A DNA stretch of 64,000 nt from Utricularia gibba (GCA_002189035.1 CM007992.1:1922001-1986000), one strand, 5' to 3'; shown: positions 1 through 14,563, counted from the stretch's first letter. The notes: a model not told the origin generated them from the letters alone. A program made the numbers and translations.

Positions 1-319
1 ATCATCCCAATTATGGTTCTACTATGCATGGCAAGGAGGATCACCATTAGTCATAAATAAAAGAACAAATCAAGGATATTTTCCCAATTAGTTAGCTATA
101 ATAAGGAAAGTTTTTAGTTTTCTATGTCTTTCTTTATATTTAATTTTATTGCATTCTTAAATTCAAGCATCATGAAACAAAACAACTCTTCACCTTTATG
201 ATCAACTCTCCTTCTTCTTAGATTGAAATTCTTCTTCTACAAACACAAACCTCCTCTTCCTAGTACTCTTTCATTTATCATCAACTTTCCAATCTAATCA
301 TTGAGCTGTTGCAAAATGG

Positions 320-900
320 TCTTATCAAGGATACATTTTTTATCACCCTCTAATCTGAAAGAGTTTAGCAACCCACAAATATGAGAAAAATTAGTGCTTA
401 AAAAGGAATCCACGTAAGTCCATTTTCAAGAGAATGATTCTTTTGCAATTTATTTAGAATGAGAAGGAATTGAAAATGATAATCCTTAAAACCCATAAGC
501 TTTACAGCTTGATAAGTTAACAAAGGTTGCTCAACTAAGTAAGAGCACATAATTTGAAAAGTTTAAGGGAAAGTATTCAAATCCTCTACTCACTCCATAA
601 TTAGGAAGATATGACCAAGAAGATGTGACTTTAGAGCCCTTTATGAGATATTCCCATGTCAATAAAGTAGCTTCGGACATTACATGCTCTATGTGTTGTA
701 ACATATTCTTCTTATAAGATCTATGGAAAATTTTTTTAGCAAATTTTTAACTTCATCATTGGTATGTAATATAAGAGTTGGGTTAAATTTGATTAAATTA
801 AAATTAAATTGTTCAAAAAAAATCCTACAAAATATGGGCTATATCTTAAATTTGAGCCCAATGACCTGGCATAGACTGTCATGACCCATGCCTAGGACCC
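320..900 (-). mobile_element. Decayed CRM-like (Ty3) LTR remnant
   Basis: 330-545 aligns loosely with the better preserved LTR at 59690-59900 (shared TTAGCAACCCA, CAAGAGAATGA, GCTTGATAAGTTAA blocks, same orientation). Boundaries approximate. Confidence 0.4.
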
Positions 901-1779
901 AAAAGGCATGAAATCCCTACCAACATTTGGACTAAAGGTAACTTAGCTTTTATTTAATATAGAGGAACCACGTAAGGTAATTTTACAAATACACTGTCAC
1001 TTAACTACTTTAACATGCACATTTACTACAACCAACCTATACTATAGCCATTAAAAGGTCTCCCATAGCTTGGACAGTCATACTCCTAGTATTGTTGATC
1101 TCCTGACTTTTAGCTACTCCCTTTTATATTTGGAACAAGTTTAAAACATTAAGTGGTCGTGCTATTATGATTTGATTAAAACAAAGAGTGTTTGAGAATA
1201 GAATCTCAAGAACAAAAACGTAAGCATATTGTGAGTCACATAATCTATATTTGTCCAAATCCCTTAATCCCTTGGCTTAGACATCATGTTTAAGTCTTAG
1301 AAACTGGGTCATCAATTGTCTATGTTCATCAATAGTGATTAGAAAAGCCACCAACCAACCACCACCACTAAAATTACACTATATCATGGATACAACATGT
1401 TTCCTAGTCTTTCTTGTTTGATTTACCCATAAAGATGCCTCAAACGTATTTTATATAATTAACTTGAATTTCATGGTTAAAATCATGTTGCTAAGAGTGT
1501 GGGTTCACACCCCTCATCATTTTCTAAGGTGTTTTCAAATGGCATATAATCAAGGAACATTGAATGTTTCATATATTTCAAAAAAGTAAAACTCATTTGG
1601 AAAATAACCAACAGGGACACTTAATCCTTAAGTGAAATTGCTAAGGCTAATTCAAAAGGATTTAAGGTCTCTAAATGGATTTTTCAATACAAAATAACAA
1701 AAGAAAGGATGATTTCAAAAGAACATGTCAAAACAATGAAGAACAAGAAGAAAGATAAGTTTATCAAACAGGAAAGAAC

Positions 1780-2320
1780 CACTTCCAAAAATAAAAGATA
1801 AACACATGAGCAAATAGTTATATATGTTCTAGAGAAACATGCTTCTCAAATCAAATAATAGCACTCATTCCACTTACCTAATTCTCTACAGAAATAACCT
1901 TTTCTTATAGCTAAAATCAAGAACCTCCCCTTACTCTCTTGTTGTATATCCTTTTTTACTTCCTCTACAACTCTGCTTCATAAAGTTTCCCAAACTATTC
2001 TCTTCTCCACTACTTAAAAAATTACATGACTCAGCATCTCTCCCTATCCTAAGGTTACCATGTGGCATTTCCTCTAGACAGCACTTGCAACACACTCATT
2101 GGTTGCATCTAGAGAAACAATTTGGTTAGCTGTAGATGACATATTCCTAAACTCTCAAATGGGTAAATGGATTCAGAGATTGCCAACCATTACATATCTT
2201 TAATGATTGAATCAATTTCTCCATTGCATGATCCGTGAAGGGTGTTATTATAATACTAAATGTATTCTTTGAAATTTTTTATTTGGGCTAAGGTGAGAGA
2301 GCTCCAGAATAGTGTTGGAT
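1780..2320 (-). pseudogene. Highly degraded Ty3 integrase C-terminal remnant (possibly CRM-like)
   Basis: Minus-strand fragments YYNNTLHG, VSLDA and a degenerate LR..F...YN resemble chromovirus integrase C-termini. Many stops and frameshifts. Confidence 0.3.
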
Positions 2321-4079
2321 TTATGTAATAACATGTCATAAATGTAGCTATTTAGTAGCTGCTAGCTGTTTTTATGGATAAATGCTAGATGATTTATGTT
2401 TATGGATTTGTCATTGACTTGTAGCTTAGTTAAATGCATTATCTAGTATCAATGTGTTGGAAAATTTATCTTTTTCAACGATAACTTCTCCTTCCTCTTT
2501 TTCATCATCTGCTTCCCTGCGTTTGTACATAGTGTTTATCTTTACCTATTTAACATTAAAATGTTTCCAAAACTTTGTTATAGTTCTTCATATAATGCTG
2601 TTGTTCGACATACTATCTGGTTTACATGGAGAAAGTGTTGTATAGTCATCCTATTCTCAATGAACACAATTACTCTTAATGTGTCAAAACATTTGGTCAG
2701 AAATTTCTAAGTAGAGTCGGCATCACCTATGAATGCCACACCTACTCAATTGCATGTTGATAATTCGTAATTCTACAGTACATTTCAATTAGGAAAAAAG
2801 TGTGTTATCTGATAAAAACTAGCGTTTGAAATAGGAATTTCAATATTTTATTAGTGTTGGTGAACTTTGCAATTTTTTGGTCAAAGATTTGGACTAAATC
2901 AATGATTTACTTTTAAGTCTTGATCTAGTGTTTGCTCTCCTAAGTCCAGCAACATGTTCGAGCATGCGATATCTAAAACAATCTTTGATAAAACATGTCT
3001 ACACTAGGAAATGAGACAACACCAGTTGGAAGGATGGATGTCTATGTCTGGCAAAAGTAATAGAAAAAGAAGAAAAGGTACATATAAATCCCGATAAAGG
3101 AAGGAAGAAAAGACAAGAGAGGAGAAGAAAAAAATGCAATGATAGTGAAAAAAGGGGAAACATGAACCAGGAACCTCCTTGAGAGGGAAGCAAGATGAAC
3201 CAAGGAGGCAAAAACAACATTTTTCTTCCCAACTGAAAAACTCCCGTGAACACTATTCCCAATTGAGAGTAGAGCCACAAATAAAAAACAAACTGCTTAG
3301 CGTTTTTCTTAGATTTAATTCTACTTATATTTACTGGTAATTTCCTATTTGTTAGACTATGACTATGGAGAGGTTTTCAATGTGCTTTTATGCAACTATT
3401 CTCTTTGTCCTTTGCATGAGTTGCTAAATTAACGTGTCTCATTTGTTTCATGCTATTCGATTTAATGTAACTTAAGGTGTTGCATTAAGTTGCATTATCT
3501 ATTTACCGTTGGCTTTATTGTTGCTATTTATGTTATAGACTAGAATGCATGAATTTTCGCATTAAAAATATTAGACTTTTTGTGTTTGACCACAATTCCG
3601 TTATCTAATCTATTTTGAATTGTGTTTAATTACGAATTGAGTTTTATAAGTTTATTTAATAAGGGAATTCTAATAATTTGTGATGATTAGAGAATTTAAA
3701 CAAGTTTTTATGCTATAGACTAGAATACCTTAGGGATAGGCGTTATTATCATTAAAATATCAAGTGGAATTGCTTTACTTTCAGATGTTCTATATGTGCT
3801 TCATCTTGAGCCAAATCTTTTAAGGATTCATCATCTAATGTGAATGGCTTCTCTATGGTTTTTAAAGCTCAAGTATGCCAACTTTTTGATAAGAAAGCAG
3901 ACTGCTTATTCTCTATTCTAGTATAAGAACTTTGCTCTTGAATTTAATACATTTTCGACAAACACCAGCGATATTGCTTATTTATGGAATAGACAATTTG
4001 TTCATGTTACTCCTGATTATTTTAAAATGATGGTAAACACGAACTTGACAAATGACTTGCCAAGTTTTAATCCTACCTT

Positions 4080-5645
4080 TACAGAAATATGTCCCACTTG
4101 CAAATGGAAATTTACAGCAAAATCCATTATCTCCAGCTACTTTCAAGGCCAACAAAAATTGGAGTTTTTTTCATAGTGATTTGGTCCTCTTCTAAGATTT
4201 CTTTAAATGACAATATATATTTTCTCATCTTTATTGATGATTATAGTTGATTCTACTTGATATATTTTGTCAAGACCGAAGCATTTGTTATGTTTTGTGA
4301 TTTTAAAAGTTATTTTGAGAAGGAAAGTTTTGAGTCATTAAATGTTTTCGAAGTGATAATGATACTGAGTTTACAAACAATGTCTTTGATGCTTATTTGA
4401 AGGATCATAGCATAAAATACCCTTTGAGTGTGCCATATAATCCTCAATAGAATAATGTTTCTGAGAATAAAAAGTGTTATAAATCGAACACAAAGAAGAA
4501 GAAAAGATCAAAACCTCATACACGTAAAATATTGTACTAAATTATTTCACAATCCCCCATGATTTAAGAGGGTCTTCGAAAACTACTCTCTTGGTTTCGA
4601 AATCAGTCGAATATGCTTAAATCCTACTGAGCTTGGTACACACTTGCGAGAGGCTTTTGGCATCGGCTTGCACCCCCCCTTGCTTGTAGCCTTTTTGGGT
4701 TTCAGGTCCCTCCAGAAGCCTAACTCGATTTAATAAATTAGAAATCTGGTGCATGCGAGGCCTAGTTTACTCTCATACCCATCAAGATTAATGATTTGGT
4801 ATCTCATATAAATTAATTGAAAATCATTTTAATTAGTAATGTGAGATATCGATCCCTTCTATAATACCTTTATTCCAACAAAACGTAGAAGCATTTTGAA
4901 TATGACAAGGTTGTTGTTGAACAGTATTTGAAGGATCAACGGCTTTCACCTCTGTTTGGGAATAAGCTGCCATCAAGTTTTTTGAAAGTATTTGGAAGCA
5001 TCTATAATTGTTATGTTCAACTAATCTTGATCGCAGAGGATTTATTGGCATTATAGAGGCTATGGGATTTTTGATCCTTTAACTCAACAAATTTCTATAA
5101 GTCGTGATTGAAAATTCATGAGAGTGCAATTTGGAATTTCGAAAGCAATGAACGATTGACTGTTTTCCATCCAGTTGGAGTCGAGGATGAAATTGTTGTT
5201 GAGTCATCAAATAGTCATCAAGTTCTAGAAGTTGTTTCTCTCCCTGAAACAACTACTCAATCACAATTTGAGGATGATGTAGATCCTGAAATTATGACTT
5301 TCCGCATGCTCAAAGTTCTCGCAGGATGTTTGATGCTTTGGATAATCGTAATTTCAAATATATCTGAAGCTTTGTCTCCGCCTATCTAAAAGGCAGGCTT
5401 TAAAAGGAGGAGTGAAGGATGATCAATAAATATAAAACATGGGAGATATTGATGCTCCACAAGACAAAAGGTTTTTGGTCTCAAGTGGACATGATCAAGT
5501 AGAAGGAATTGATGAACTTAACAATTTCGCATGAGTTACAAGGTTTGACATTATTCATGTGCTACTTGCTATATGTACTATTTTTAAATGAATTGTGCAT
5601 CCACTTCATATTAAGACTACTTTCTTGAATGGTAAAATTGAACAG
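4080..5645 (+). pseudogene. Ty1/copia pol remnant (integrase to start of RT), interrupted by a solo LTR
   Basis: Translated fragments LEFFHSD, YFLIFIDDYS, IKCFRSDNDTEF, VPYNPQ, RSILNMTRLLL, YGIFDPLTQQISISRD, INKYKTWE, IKTTFLNG. Confidence 0.8.
4475..4880. mobile_element. 406-bp solo LTR inserted in copia integrase
   Basis: TGTTAT...CCAACA termini; flanks AAAAG/AAACG (4/5). Removal approximately rejoins the integrase VSE..K/RSILNM motif. Confidence 0.6.
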
Positions 5646-8149
5646 TAGCCTTATTAAAATCATTATATAATATCAGCATATGTGTTAGATAGTTTATTTT
5701 TTTTCATCTGCAACTTCTTCTTTATGTTTTTTTCATCATTTGTTTTTCACAATTTGCAAATTGTGCTTTTATTTTCCTGTTTTATGTGCAAAGTGTGGTT
5801 TTCGAAATTTGTTAATGTTCTTGAAATGGAAAAGATCCCAGCCGTTCTCCTAATAGGCAACCTGAAGTGCAGCTGCAAAGTTTTCTAGTGTAACTGGACA
5901 CGAACAAGCCACCAGACTTCAACTAATACTTTTACTCACTTGCAGAAGAGGAGGCGTTACAGCGCTCTTTCGGACTCCTACTGAAGAAATGTTGGCACTA
6001 TAAGCATTGCCATGGTGAAGGAAATGAAAATAGTATAGATGGTTTTGAGCGACTTTGGATCCCAAGCATTGGATATTCTTTTCTAAAAAACGGCTTCAGT
6101 TTCTTTCGAACTAGCAAATGCAATTAATGAGCCAGATCTACATGGCCCATTCCTCATCTGAGGAAGAAATAGTACCTGGATCTGCATTGACTCAAACTCT
6201 TTTTCCACATTGAGAGACAAATTGGATAATTTAAAAAAGTATTCACTGTCATATACAATTTACAAAGGTACCTACTATTGTTTTGCATATAAAACTACCT
6301 ATCTTTTATTAATTTTTTTAAAAAAACACATAATTTTTGTATAAACATTAATATTTTTCCTTATAAATCAATTTTTTTATTCATAAATCTTTTATTTCGT
6401 ATAACATATTACATTAATATAACACTATCCGTCTTTTATTTATATAATATTTACACATCTTTCTATAATGTAAATCATTCTCTAAATTCTAAAATTTATA
6501 TTTAATACAAAATCTAAATTAGTATTTATTTTAATTCAATAGAAAAACAAAGATTTATATATAAATTTCAAGGTTCACATATAATTACAAGATGATAAAA
6601 TTTAAATAAAAATCATGGCTGGTGATACTAATTGAAAATACTATCAAGTTAAATTATATAACTATTTTAAAATATATAAATAAGTTTTGTAAATTCCACC
6701 AAAAATGGTTATAACGATTTTATTTTTATGAGACGATTAGATCCATTGAACTAATATAGGTTTGATTAAAATTTTCAGAGTAACGAAAGATGCCTTTTTA
6801 TAAAAAAAATACAAATAAGTTACACAATTTTAATGTAACTTTAATCTACAATATTTTTAAAAAAATATAAAAAGGGTAATTTTCTAGTGGGACGCCACAG
6901 TGGTTATTTTTCTAAAGTGTGTCTATAACAGCATAGTATTCTAAATTACCTAAGAGGGAGATGGCATCCACCCAAGCGTGAAGAGGATTTAATAAACCTG
7001 CGATTAAGGAAAGTTTGAATACGAGTTCACATCAGGTGAATTGAAGGAAGATTCATCTTTGACTTTACTTGTTGGTGTTGGGGTGGTCTAGAAATGGATA
7101 CCGTGGATGGTTTGAAAATACCAATTAGGCCAAGCAAATGGTGAGAACAAATAACGAACTTTAGAATACGAAGTACATTGGAAACCTTGAGACATTCCTA
7201 CACTTGACAAAAGGTCTCCAACTCTCGAGATTTTTGTTTGCTTAACACCGACATGATGAAGAAGGATGAAAATGAAGGCGGCAATGTGTACTAACTACTA
7301 AATAAGGATTGTGATTATTTACTAGTCTAATAGTTTCTAAATGGATGAACTTTATTTTTGGTTCCATGCTTCACGACATTCTTCATTTAAATCAATGATT
7401 GCTTAAAACCTCCCTGTTTGACCTTATGTTGGAAAAACCAAAACCAATTATTCTGAAGTAAATTGGTGCAGGTGTCTACTTCAGCCTCCACTTGGTCATT
7501 GCTCCTACATGCCCTGTCACCAAGCACCCTTTACTAATGATCTAGTAGCTTCTATAGACATGTGAAACTTGGTCCGATTGCACCATGCTTCATTCAAAAG
7601 TGTCCAGATTCCCAATGCAATTGTAGGGAAAATCCCTACTCCAATCGCTTCATAAAAAAGTGCACGCAAATACACAAGTGGTGTGCCTTACAAAATGAGA
7701 ATACCAAAACCATCATGAAAACAAAATAGGAAATCCAACTCTTTGACAGGTTCTTACATGCAAAGCGCTCCATCTGAATTTGCGAAACTTTTGGATCTAC
7801 ATTGTCAAGAGTGTAATGCTCTATTAGACCTCTCCTCTAGACATTTGCCTCTTAAATGTCAACTCTGTTGGGGATTGCCATGGGATGATGTAAGGTGAGC
7901 TAATGGAAGGAATTCATGAAGCTGAATTATGAAGGATTAGGAAGAAAATCATGCTCTCAATTTTTGTTTTACCTTTATGTAGTTACATTTTGTCATATGA
8001 GTAAACATGACCACTAATATTAACCAAAATGATTGTCAAATGCTTGTAACTGGATCATCTTCTTCTTTTGCTCTCGAGCTCTTGAAGCACAAAATGCTTT
8101 GTTTGATTTCTTGAAGCAAGTTGCATTTTTTTAAAGCATCATAGTTAAA

Positions 8150-8880
8150 TGATATCAGAGTAAAGTTCTTGAACTTTTAAAAAAGATAAAATTTCAAAAT
8201 GTCTCAACGCAACCAATGTTCTCCAATTTTTAATGACACATCCAATGATTACGGACACTTCAACACCTAAATAGATTAAACAAGTAAATAACCTTCAAGA
8301 CCTTAAGCTAGAAGACTTGAATGCACTTTTGAAGCACTCATTAAATCTATGTTTGATAATTTATTCAATGACTAAAGAAATCTCGGATGTCCTCTATGCA
8401 TGATGGTGATGAGAAATCAAGGAAGTTTATGCTTGAGATCAGGCTGGATAAGCTTGAAGGAAACAAAATGCTAGATAGAGAATCAATGAAAGATTACTAT
8501 GAAAGAATCTCTACAATGGTAAATGAAATTAGGGTACTGAGAAAAAAACTTGATGATACTAAAATAATTGATGGAGCACTCATGAGTCTATCGAGATACT
8601 TAGTATTGGAAACAGTTTTTTGCTAGTGGGACAAAGATCTCTAGAAATATTGAATATTTACTATGCTCCTATAGTAGTTCAAAATCTTATCAGTATTGTT
8701 CAATTGATAAAGCAAGGCTTTGATATTGAATAAGTGCTGAACTTGAAGTCATGGAGATTAAGGATATATGCCTTTCTGATCTAGAATGTGCAACATGCCA
8801 AAAAGGAAAACAAGTAAAAAAGATCTTTCTACCTTTTGGGAATAGATCACATGAGAAATTAAATTTAATACATTTTCAAA
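8150..8880 (+). pseudogene. Ty1/copia 5' remnant: PBS-like site, gag, pre-integrase
   Basis: TGATATCAGAGT (degenerate tRNA-Met PBS) at 8150; gag-like KDYYERISTMVNEIR..KLDDTKII; VYYAP..QNLISIVQL; CATCQKGKQ. Confidence 0.65.
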
Positions 8881-9845
8881 CTAATTTGACTCGAAAGATA
8901 TTTCTTCATCATAGCATTTATAAATTGAACCATCATCTCTCAAATATTCAACATGTAAATAAATGTAGTAGTAGCAAATCCAAGTCAATGTACAATGAGG
9001 AATATGTTCTTTGTTATAAGTTTTATGCATACAATAAATTAAACTACGGTTTGGACAGAGTGTTTGTAAGTTTACATGCAATAAAAGTATATATTTGGAA
9101 TGCAAACTACAAAGGCAGCAAGTACATCAAAGAAACCTCAAGTCAAACTGAGTAAAAGTGCTCACTAATTCTCACCAAGCTCTTTTTTTGTGTTATTTAC
9201 ATCAACGTGTGCTAATAAAAATGATAAGCAATTCCTAGTGTACATCCTATAATAGTTAATACTATTTCAATGGTAATAATAAATGCATGACACCCATATT
9301 GAATTCATGCAACTTAAATACCAATTCAAAGTGTTCCCATGACTAATGAATATAGGAAATAAAAGTTTACATGATGAAGTAATGAATGCAATAAATAAAA
9401 GTCCAAAAAGAGTTTCCATTGGTTTTCTTCTTCAAAAAGGTCAGTAGCATAAAAAGTTCTTTCGTCTAACGTTTTTTTCTTCGTGTTTTTTTGAATACTT
9501 CGTCCGAAAGGTACACAGTACCAACAGTTACATTCTTATACTCTTTTTGTGCCTTCCTTATGCAAACTTTAGTTTCTTATTTCTATCCTCAACAACTTAC
9601 CAAATCATCAATCATCTCTCGTTGGAAGATCCGGGTTTCTTCCCCCATGATGTCTTCTCTCTCTTCTCACGTTCTCTTTCCCATTTAAACTTCCTACTAG
9701 GATTTGTTCTTCCAACTTTTACCCTATTCAAGCAATTCCCGAAAAATGAATAAATTGCACAGTTTAACTCCAAATGAGTTGGGCCTATACAAACTATAAA
9801 AACACACCATTGGACTTACTTTGGTATCACACTTTGCAAAAATTA

Positions 9846-11012
9846 TAGAGCTGGGCCCGGGAACATCCAGTACAAGTTACGGGTTGGACCCATGTTTTAG
9901 CTTAAATAGGTGTCTATGGCAGGTCAAAACCATGGATCAAAATTCAAAACTGACCTGCAAATTATTTCAACCCATTGATTCAATTATGAGCTTAATCCGT
10001 AGGTCAAATTATAGGCCCAACCCGTGGATCCAACTACATGCCTAACTTGTGGGTTTGGACCATTTGGTAAATCTTTCAACACCCCAAACAAATTTTAAGA
10101 TAAAATCAGTCAATTGTATTGTACATATATTGTAAATTTAAAGAACAATACAAATGACATAGAGAAATATAGAAAATTTATAGCATAAAAAATGAGAACT
10201 TGAAGGAGATAGAGCTTAGAATTAAGTACAAATAAAAGTTTTTTCATTACCAAATTAAAACATTACATTATCCAAATACAAAAAAAATAAATCAAAAAAC
10301 AAGATATCTAAAAATCTAACAACATTCAAAAAAGTAAGGAAACCTAATGATGAGACTTAAGAAGAAAGTAAAATATTCTATGTTTCATCATCACTTTCCC
10401 CATCTTCATCTTCATCCTCATTTGAAATTATGTTTTGAATTCTGTTGAAAACTTCAATCCAATCTTTCAAGCAAATGCATTCTTCCAAAGTGTCTGATGC
10501 TAAGCAAGATTGTTTCGTCATTAAAATTCTTCCACCTGCACTAAAAGCACTTTCTAAAGCAATGGTAAATGTCAAAGATGTGAAAATATCTTTGACAACT
10601 ATAGCCAAGATGGGGTAATGTGTAAAATTATTTTTCCACTATGTTAAAATATCACGCCATTTAATCTCCCCACTTTTTCTATGTTTCTTCTTGGAACCAT
10701 AGGGAACTCTATCTGCATTTTCAATGTAATTTGACAAAGTTTCATCCCACTCTTGAACATTTGGAGAACAATGAATAGAAGGAGTGGATGTTGGAGTATC
10801 CATTTTTTCATAAAGCAACGACCACTGGGTTTGAACTTTGAAAAAGAGAAGAGTTGGGTTTTGCAAATCTGATTTTGAAATTGCGGGTTGACCTGTAGTT
10901 CATTTTTCCAACCCGAACCGTAACAGTAACTTGGACGGTGATGGTTATGGGTCGAACCGAGATGGGTTGACCCATACAGTTTACAGGTCAACCCATCCAT
11001 AGCCCAGCTCTA
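9846..11012 (-). mobile_element. Non-autonomous hAT DNA transposon (1167 bp)
   Basis: TIRs TAGAGCTGGGC (9846-9856) and GCCCAGCTCTA (11002-11012); perfect 8-bp TSD AAAAATTA (9838-9845, 11013-11020); subterminal GGGTTGGACC/AACCCG-type repeats. Confidence 0.93.
10378..10780 (-). pseudogene. hAT transposase C-terminal dimerisation-domain fragment
   Basis: LSNYIE..RDILT then AIVVKDIF...LESAFSAGGRIL...SCL..DTLEECICLKDW with acidic tail. Confidence 0.85.
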
Positions 11013-11129
11013 AAAAATTATGCTGATTTAAATTTTCCTTATGCACAATTTGAGTTTCATGTATTTTGGGCCATTTTCCCCTCTAATTCAGATATTTCTA
11101 CTCTATTTTCATTAAATCATAAAATTAAA

Positions 11130-11600
11130 ATACCAAAAGAAAACACAGCATTTTATAAATTTAAGTGTTTCAAATCCCTAGTTGAAAAACAAAGTAGAAT
11201 GAACATCAAGATTTTAATGTCTGATAATGGAGGTGAAGACATTACCAATGTAATAAAAGTTTTTTTTATGAAGATTAGTATTTTACATGAACTTACTACT
11301 TTATTTTCGATAGAACAAAATCAAAGGTATTGCAATGACCATCTATTCGTTAATGCCATCTAATGCTATTCCTAGAAAAACAACATATGAATTATAGCAT
11401 AAAAAAGAAGTCTAATTATTCTCATTTACTAATATTTAGTAGCGATTGTCATATTTTAATTCCTACTTCACTTGGAATAGAATTGGGTACATGATCTAGT
11501 TGACTATAGACTTTATTTGAGATTAGAGTTGTTATCAATCAAGATGTAGTATTTGATGAAAGTAAATTAAATAATAAAATATTTGTTTTACCTACAGATA
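11130..11600 (+). pseudogene. Ty1/copia integrase remnant (likely continuation of the 8150-8880 element)
   Basis: AFYKFKCFKSLVEKQSRMNIKILMSDNGGE and VVINQDVVFDE motifs. Confidence 0.7.
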
Positions 11601-12074
11601 TGATGGATATAAGAGAAAAAGAGGAAGTCACTTATAAAATTGGAGAAGATGATGCAAATTACGAAAATGAAAATAGTGAGATGAGTTTTGTTACAAAATG
11701 AAAAAGAGGAAGTCACTTATTTCTCGATCAACTGCAATTCAGATTATAGCAGCAACTCATGCTACCAATCATTGTACATGATCCTGAGGTAACTTCAGCC
11801 TAGAAAAAACCATCTGTTGTGGCGAGCAAAGGTGATTGGGAGCTAGCTCTTCATGAGTTCGCAAGTGTTCTATTCAAATAGAAAGATAATATGGGCGGTG
11901 GGATGGATCCATTGTTGTTGAATGGCATGTTCGACCAGGGAATTATCTACATTGCACAATTCCCAAGGATTCATGGGAAATCATGCACCGGGTGTGCACC
12001 ACGGGCGTGATTCATGAGGTGCATGGAAAGTGCAACCTAATTAATGGGTATCTAGAAGGATCAATTTTATCTCT

Positions 12075-12450
12075 ATTTTAATTTCTTACCATCGCCTTAA
12101 ACGTCTTAAATTTTTGTAATACTTTAGACCTGTGTTTCAAGAAGAAAACCTATCAAAACTTAGTCAAATCATCTACAAAGATATAAAAGTACCTATTTCT
12201 AAATAGTGTTTCGATTTGCATTGGTCCAAAAACGTCACTATGAATAAGTTTCAGTTTGCATTGGTAGGTGACATGACTTCCCGATTTGACATATTTCATA
12301 TATCTCGAGTGTGGAGATATTTGGAAGGCCTTCAACAAGTGAGTTCCTTTGAATGCTATTCATAGATGTGTAATTGTGTTGTCCAAGTCTTTGATGCTTC
12401 TCGTTCAACGGCCCAAAAGTCATTATTCCCTCTATTGGAGCCCTCTTGAT
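12075..12450 (-). pseudogene. Ty1/copia pre-integrase/integrase remnant
   Basis: HQRLGQ, CQIGK, LKLIHSDVFGPM, YFYIFVDD, VFFLKHRSKVLQKFKTFKAMV. Confidence 0.75.
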
Positions 12451-13360
12451 AGTGAGGGTAGAGGGCAGGAATTCACCTCTAGACCTCGCATACTTTGGCC
12501 ATGCCCTAGGATTCACAGTATCCTTCGTATGCAGTTTTCTCCTTTCAAAATAATCCACCACCAACAACGTGTTTCAGGATCAACTTTCTGTAGTCATGAT
12601 GCAAATTGGACTCGCAACTAGGATCACGCACTAGGACCATTTGATACTTCCATGAGATATCCTTCACCTACTCATACAAACTCTCTCCACAAATTTTTCA
12701 TGAGTTTCACAATGCTCAGATGTTGTGCCAACTTATTCACGAGACTGCGCACAACATCTGAGCATTTTACCCTACTGTCAGATGCTTGGGATTTACATTT
12801 TACCCTACTAACACAGATTATTTGCAGTTTACATTTATTAAAAATAAATAACAACTTTATAATTTTATCAAATGGTGTATTAATTTTCCTTTTTTAAAAG
12901 AAATCTATTTATCAAAATAATAAAATGTGATACATTATTTTTGTCAAGAAAATTTTTAATACTATATTAATGATAAAAAAATGAAATAAAATTCATGAAA
13001 AAATATCAAACATATGATAAGATGGAATACCAAAAATAGATTATATAAAAAATTTATTGCTAGTATATATTCTATATCAATAGAAATTATTATATAAAAT
13101 AAATGATTTTTTTATTTCAAATTATCTTTTATTTATATTAAAATTAAATATATTTTAAAACTTAAATCCAAAACCAAAAAACTAAACCCTAAATATCAAA
13201 TCCTATTAAAATCGAAATCTTATATATTAAATTCAAAATATATTATTAATAATATTAATGTATTAAAAGAATACATCTAGCAATTTTGTTAAGAATATAA
13301 ATATGAAAATTATTAAGTTGAGGTAAAATGCAAAGAAATTCTAATTTTCTTGGGTATAGC

Positions 13361-14549
13361 TCATGGTAATTCTGCAAGTGTACAGAAACCATCAAAGTAA
13401 TAAAATAAGATCGTATCCACAGAAAATTGTTATTAGAATTTTCTTTCGAAACAAAGATTTGAAAAGACTAAAAAAAAAAGCAAGATTGGGTTTTAAAGAT
13501 AATAAAAAAAGTGGACTTGGATCTAAGATCCACCTTACTTGATACTCGTCCTTGCGTATGTACAAACCTTGAGTACTGACCTGCTTGCGTAAGCTTTGGG
13601 GGTGTTATGCTAAAGTAGACCTACTCGGTGACCGTTATAGCACCGTCCCTTGTCTTGTGGGATTATGGAATCAACCACGTCACCAGAGTCATTTCACCTC
13701 TTGTGATAACCCATGTTTTCCCCACACCCAAATCCAACCCCTACACCTCACACCTCGTAGACAGATTAGACAGAATGTGCCTTACCAACGATGTCCGATT
13801 GAGCCCTTCTCCTTAGGTGTTTGAGGCCAACCTTTGATTCTCCCCACTCCCTTAGGGCTATATGGTACTAAAGATCACGTTGGTAAAGAAAACATTGCGA
13901 AAAACAGAATCAGACCTCAAAATTAAATGCTAAAAAATATAGTAAAACAGTCATACGTGCAGAACTTGTGCAAGCAAGGCTTCACAGCAGATCCTCAGCC
14001 GTAAGCGATCACACGCGCATGCTTGACTCTAAACAACAAAAGTTGATGAAAAACGAAGGGAAAGGAATCCAAAACATGCTAGACTCGACTCTAAACCCTA
14101 GATTGACTCTTTGGTGGTCCACCACTTTGACTCTCCTTAGGTCTTCGCGTTTGGATCTTTATATAATAGTGGGGACTTGACGGGCTTTCTTGATGGGCTC
14201 ACATCAAATCTTATATGCGGATCTTCAAAGATTTGATACAAATCTTCTAGGATAAGATCCAAATTTTCTAAGATAAGATGCGAATCTTATCTTATCTGAG
14301 AATCTTTGACCGAATCTTCATCCAGATAGGCCGAATCTTTGCCTCCATCAAAGTAGCTCGAAAATCCCCCAAATTATGTCAAAATTATCCTGAAAAATTA
14401 CAAAACACACTTTCCTTCCAAAAAGATCAAAGTGGTATGAAAGATATAAAATTCTTCTAAAAACATAAGGAAAAAGAGAAAAAGAATGCAAAAATCATCT
14501 AATTGAGTACTAAAAAGCACAAACATAAGTGACATAAAATCACTTATCA
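13361..14549 (-). repeat. 3' LTR of Athila element (1189 bp)
   Basis: 13655-14549 aligns with 21347-22230 (roughly 5-8% divergent by eye). Bounded by the TSD and PPT; the outer TG is mutated to TC. Confidence 0.9.
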
Positions 14550-14563
14550 ACTCCCCCACACTT
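14550..14563 (-). other. Polypurine tract of Athila element
   Basis: Minus strand AAGTGTGGGGGAGT immediately before TGATAAGTG. A similar motif recurs at ~15748-15762. Confidence 0.8.

Noticed and set aside
6240-6950. AT-rich blocks (also 12900-13340, 49870-50200) as Helitrons or MITEs
   Set aside because: No convincing TIR/TSD pair or Helitron CTRR end with hairpin could be identified by eye.
11615-11720. 21-bp direct repeat GAAAAAGAGGAAGTCACTTAT
   Set aside because: Two copies at a decayed copia breakpoint, most simply a repair-associated duplication.
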